A stretch of DNA of 64,000 nt from Gemmatimonas sp. (lineage in GTDB: Bacteria; Gemmatimonadota; Gemmatimonadetes; Gemmatimonadales; Gemmatimonadaceae), in the NCBI GenBank assembly GCA_031414535.1, contig JANNVQ010000040.1:32001-96000 (forward strand), read 5' to 3'. Shown piece after piece: positions 61,265 through 64,000 of this stretch. The translations under genes and the position numbers were made by a program. The notes below the pieces were generated by a model, which saw nothing but the letters and a program-made list of their open reading frames with translations, was not told where the DNA came from and made no database searches. How positions within the stretch are numbered: the stretch's first letter is position 1; every line of letters starts with the position of its first letter.

Positions 61265-62383
61265 CTAGCGCTCGACCGGCGAAGCGAGCACCAGCCGATA
61301 ACTCACACTCCGCCCTCCCGCCGCATTCGGAACCAGGACCCCGTACGCCACCAATTCTTTCACGTCCCTCAGCGCCGTATCACTCGAACACTTCGCAATC
61401 GTCGCATACTTCGAAGTCGTGAGATTCCCAACCCAATCTCCAAGCATTCGCGTCAACACGAGTCGCTGGCGCTCGTTGGCGCCGCGCGAATTCACCAGCT
61501 CCCAAATCCGCGCGTCGCGCAACACACGATCCATCGAGGTATCCGCGCGCGCAAACGAGCGATCCAAGCATCCGAGAAACCACGCAATCCACGACGTGAT
61601 GTCCACGCCGCCGCGCTGCGCTCGCTCCAACTGCCGGTAGTACTCCGCGTGCTCGGCCTCAATCTGCGCAGACATACTATAGAACCGCTCGCGTCGCCCA
61701 TCCGCGCGCGCCAACGCCAAGTCCGCAATCGCTCGCGCAATGCGCCCGTTGCCATCGTCAAACGGATGAATGGTCACAAACCAAAAATGCGCCACTGCTG
61801 CGCGCAGCACGGGGTCCAGCGCCGTCGGTGAGTTCATCCACTCGAAGAACTTCTCCATCTCACTGTGCACATTCTCCGCCGCGGGAGCTTCAAAGTGCAC
61901 CCGCGGCTCAGCCGGCGATCCGGACACCACCTGCATCGGACCCTGCTCGTCGCTACGCCACGCACCTACGGCGAGGCGGAGGCGCGGTTTACTCCCCACC
62001 GGAAACAGCGCCGAATGCCAGTCAAACAATCGCTGCGCCGAGAGCGGCTCCGCGTAGCGCTGCGTGGCATCGAGCATCATCTGCACCACACCATCCACCG
62101 CGCGACTCGACTCCGACAGTCCTCCCGCCGCGATGCCAAGGCGGCGCGCTATGGACGATCGCACCTCGGCAGGCGGCAGTTGCTCGCCCTCAATCGCCGA
62201 GGACTTCACCACATCACTCGTGAGCGCGGAGAGTTCTGCCTCCTTGCGCGCCTCCAGTCCAAGCGCGCTCAGGCGACCCACCAGCAGACCCTGCCGATGA
62301 CGCACGGCCGATAGCTGCCCAGCCAAGGATTCAGTATCCCAGGTCAGGCGTGGCCACTCTGTGTTGCTATGGATGTAAGTCAT
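61265..62383 (-). CDS. Fic family protein (DUF4172-Fic-HTH)
   Basis: HPFDDGNGRIAR; SSAIEG; C-terminal CSSDTALRDVKEL HTH. Confidence 0.92.
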   Translation of the reverse strand: MTYIHSNTEWPRLTWDTESLAGQLSAVRHRQGLLVGRLSALGLEARKEAELSALTSDVVKSSAIEGEQLPPAEVRSSIARRLGIAAGGLSESSRAVDGVVQMMLDATQRYAEPLSAQRLFDWHSALFPVGSKPRLRLAVGAWRSDEQGPMQVVSGSPAEPRVHFEAPAAENVHSEMEKFFEWMNSPTALDPVLRAAVAHFWFVTIHPFDDGNGRIARAIADLALARADGRRERFYSMSAQIEAEHAEYYRQLERAQRGGVDITSWIAWFLGCLDRSFARADTSMDRVLRDARIWELVNSRGANERQRLVLTRMLGDWVGNLTTSKYATIAKCSSDTALRDVKELVAYGVLVPNAAGGRSVSYRLVLASPVER

Positions 62384-62480
62384 ATTCACCGCAGGTTATG
62401 CGGTGAATATTGCCAGTTGCGGCGAATAGGTCAACTAATAACCGCAGATTTTGCGGCGAATAGCAATTCTAGTCGCCGCA
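62382..62480. promoter_or_regulatory. Array of TATTCRCCGCA/TGCGGYGAATA operator-like sites
   Basis: Perfect 12-bp IR at 62382-62410, second IR at 62436-62462, half-sites at 62418 and 62470. Confidence 0.75.
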
Positions 62481-62527
62481 AACGCCGTAACCCATTGTCA
62501 CTACAATAGATATATTCATCCGCGCAT

Positions 62528-63745
62528 ATGCCCACTCTCCGCGACCCCCTCTGGAACAACATCCGCATCGAGGGCCCGTACCTCCGGCTCCTCGACTCAG
62601 CGCCGTTCCAGCGCCTGCGTTATGTGCGCCAACTCGGTCTCGCCCACCTCGTGTATCCGGGCGCGACGCACTCGCGATTTGAGCATGCCTTGGGCGCGTA
62701 TCACTTGGCGCAGGAAACAGTCCGCATCCTCCGCGAGACGAGCGTCGCGGAAGGCTTCCGCGAACTCGATGGTCGCATCGTCGGAGCGGCCGCGCTCCTG
62801 CACGACATCGGACATTACCCGTTTTCTCATGCGCTCGAAGAGCTAGGCGTTCCGCATCACGAGACGGTCGCGGGGCCCCTCATCGCCGAAGGACCGGTCG
62901 GAGACATTCTCCGCGCCGAGTTCTCCGCGGACGCCCCAGAGCGCATTCTCGCGCTGGTGCGCGGCGAGAGCATGGAGCCCTTGCAAGGCCTCATCTCCGG
63001 CAGCATTGACCTCGACAAAATTGACTACCTCAAGCGCGACGCGATGAACTGCGGCGTCTCGTACGGCGAGGTGGATGTGGACCGCCTGCGCCACGCGCTG
63101 GTAGTGGTAACGGATCAAGCGACGGGCCGGCGCGCCGTCGGCCTGCACGAGCGCGGATTGAGCGCGCTGGAGTCACTGCTCTTCGCCAAGTATCAGATGT
63201 ACCGCAACGTCTACTGGCACCACGCGGTGCGCTCGGCCACGGCGATGTACAAGCGCCTGGTGGAGGACGCGCTGGGCGACGGCACGCTCGACCCCATGCA
63301 ACTCGCCAGGTTCACAGACGAGGGCATCCTGCACGCCATGGAGACTGGGACGCGGCCGCTGCTCTCGGCGATCCGCGAACGGCGGCTCTTCAAGCGCGCG
63401 CTCGAAGTCCCCGCCTTTGCACTCGCGGAGCACGACCTGGAATGGCTTGCGGACGACCGAGCACGCACGCGCCGAGCCGAGGACGCGCTGGCGGGGCAAT
63501 TGGGACTCAAGCCGGGCGAGCTCTTGCTAGACTATCCGCGCAAGGAACGGATGCTCGGTCTCGACCTGCCGCTGCTGAGCAAGAACGGCAATGTGCATCG
63601 CCTGACTGACGACGGAATCGCCGGGACCCTCAACTTGCCGATTCTCGGTGAGCAGTTGTATCAGTCGGCGCGCTGGCTGCGGGTATTTACGTCGGAGCGT
63701 CGTGCGATTCCCTTGGCTTCGGTGATGTCTGTCCTGAACGGGTGA
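62528..63745 (+). CDS. HD-domain phosphohydrolase (YwfO/SAMHD1-like dNTPase family)
   Basis: FQRLR..RQLG..HSRFEH, LLHDIGH.PFSH, DLDKIDYL.RD. Confidence 0.9.
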   Translation: MPTLRDPLWNNIRIEGPYLRLLDSAPFQRLRYVRQLGLAHLVYPGATHSRFEHALGAYHLAQETVRILRETSVAEGFRELDGRIVGAAALLHDIGHYPFSHALEELGVPHHETVAGPLIAEGPVGDILRAEFSADAPERILALVRGESMEPLQGLISGSIDLDKIDYLKRDAMNCGVSYGEVDVDRLRHALVVVTDQATGRRAVGLHERGLSALESLLFAKYQMYRNVYWHHAVRSATAMYKRLVEDALGDGTLDPMQLARFTDEGILHAMETGTRPLLSAIRERRLFKRALEVPAFALAEHDLEWLADDRARTRRAEDALAGQLGLKPGELLLDYPRKERMLGLDLPLLSKNGNVHRLTDDGIAGTLNLPILGEQLYQSARWLRVFTSERRAIPLASVMSVLNG

Positions 63746-63757
63746 AGCCGTTCGCTT

Positions 63758-63949
63758 TTAAGGTGCAGGCGCCTGCTGCTTGTTCTTCCCGTGCGCTTCG
63801 GCGAGCATCTTCCCGATGCCACGGTAAAAGGCCGCATCGGAACCCCGTCCTTCCTCCGCCATCGAGAGCGCGCAGCGCTCCAACGCGTACAGGATATTGC
63901 CGAGGTAGAGCTCAGAAAGCCCCGCGACCGTGGTGGGCTGCTCAGCCAC
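63758..63949 (-). CDS. Small hypothetical protein
   Basis: 63 aa, plausible composition, convergent with HD gene. Confidence 0.55.
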   Translation of the reverse strand: MAEQPTTVAGLSELYLGNILYALERCALSMAEEGRGSDAAFYRGIGKMLAEAHGKNKQQAPAP

Positions 63950-64000
63950 CGGTATTCTCGAGCCCCATTACCTGTACGACGATGGCGGTGATGTTGTCGA

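Noticed and set aside
61265..63745. Fic plus HD dNTPase as an anti-phage system
   Set aside because: HD protein looks like the widespread YwfO-type housekeeping family; genes are divergent and there is no defence-island context

Overview
GC-rich bacterial chromosome segment, mostly core genes. Gene content and style suggest Gemmatimonadota (inference). It carries an ABC export operon, a 7-tRNA cluster behind efp, tesA-ybbAP, metal/arsenic genes (ZIP, arsR-arsM-arsN2, CDF), ppk2/pap, typA, a DUF58-BatA-mfd-PPIase-surA-pdxA-czcD-pilT string, a SigK/RskA/fasciclin unit, lepA, a long sugar-kinase to ftsEX-envC operon, a TonB receptor unit, maeB-pckA, a Fic gene and an HD hydrolase. No integrase, transposase, rRNA or CRISPR array was seen. 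Best leads: (1) a His/CxxC leader peptide ending in RAPP, followed by a predicted RNA structure that buries the TonB receptor start codon; (2) a STAS-GHKL kinase plus STAS-wHTH partner-switch pair coupled to two sugar kinases; (3) a bacterial protein resembling plant DUF579 glucuronoxylan methyltransferases next to a GT4. Further signals: back-to-back SigK-type promoters, MntR-, ArsR- and Fic-type operators, recurrent leaderless starts, an Asn-tipped EF-P, a poly-Asp microprotein and dispersed heptamer hairpins. All family calls come from motif recognition by eye, not database searches.
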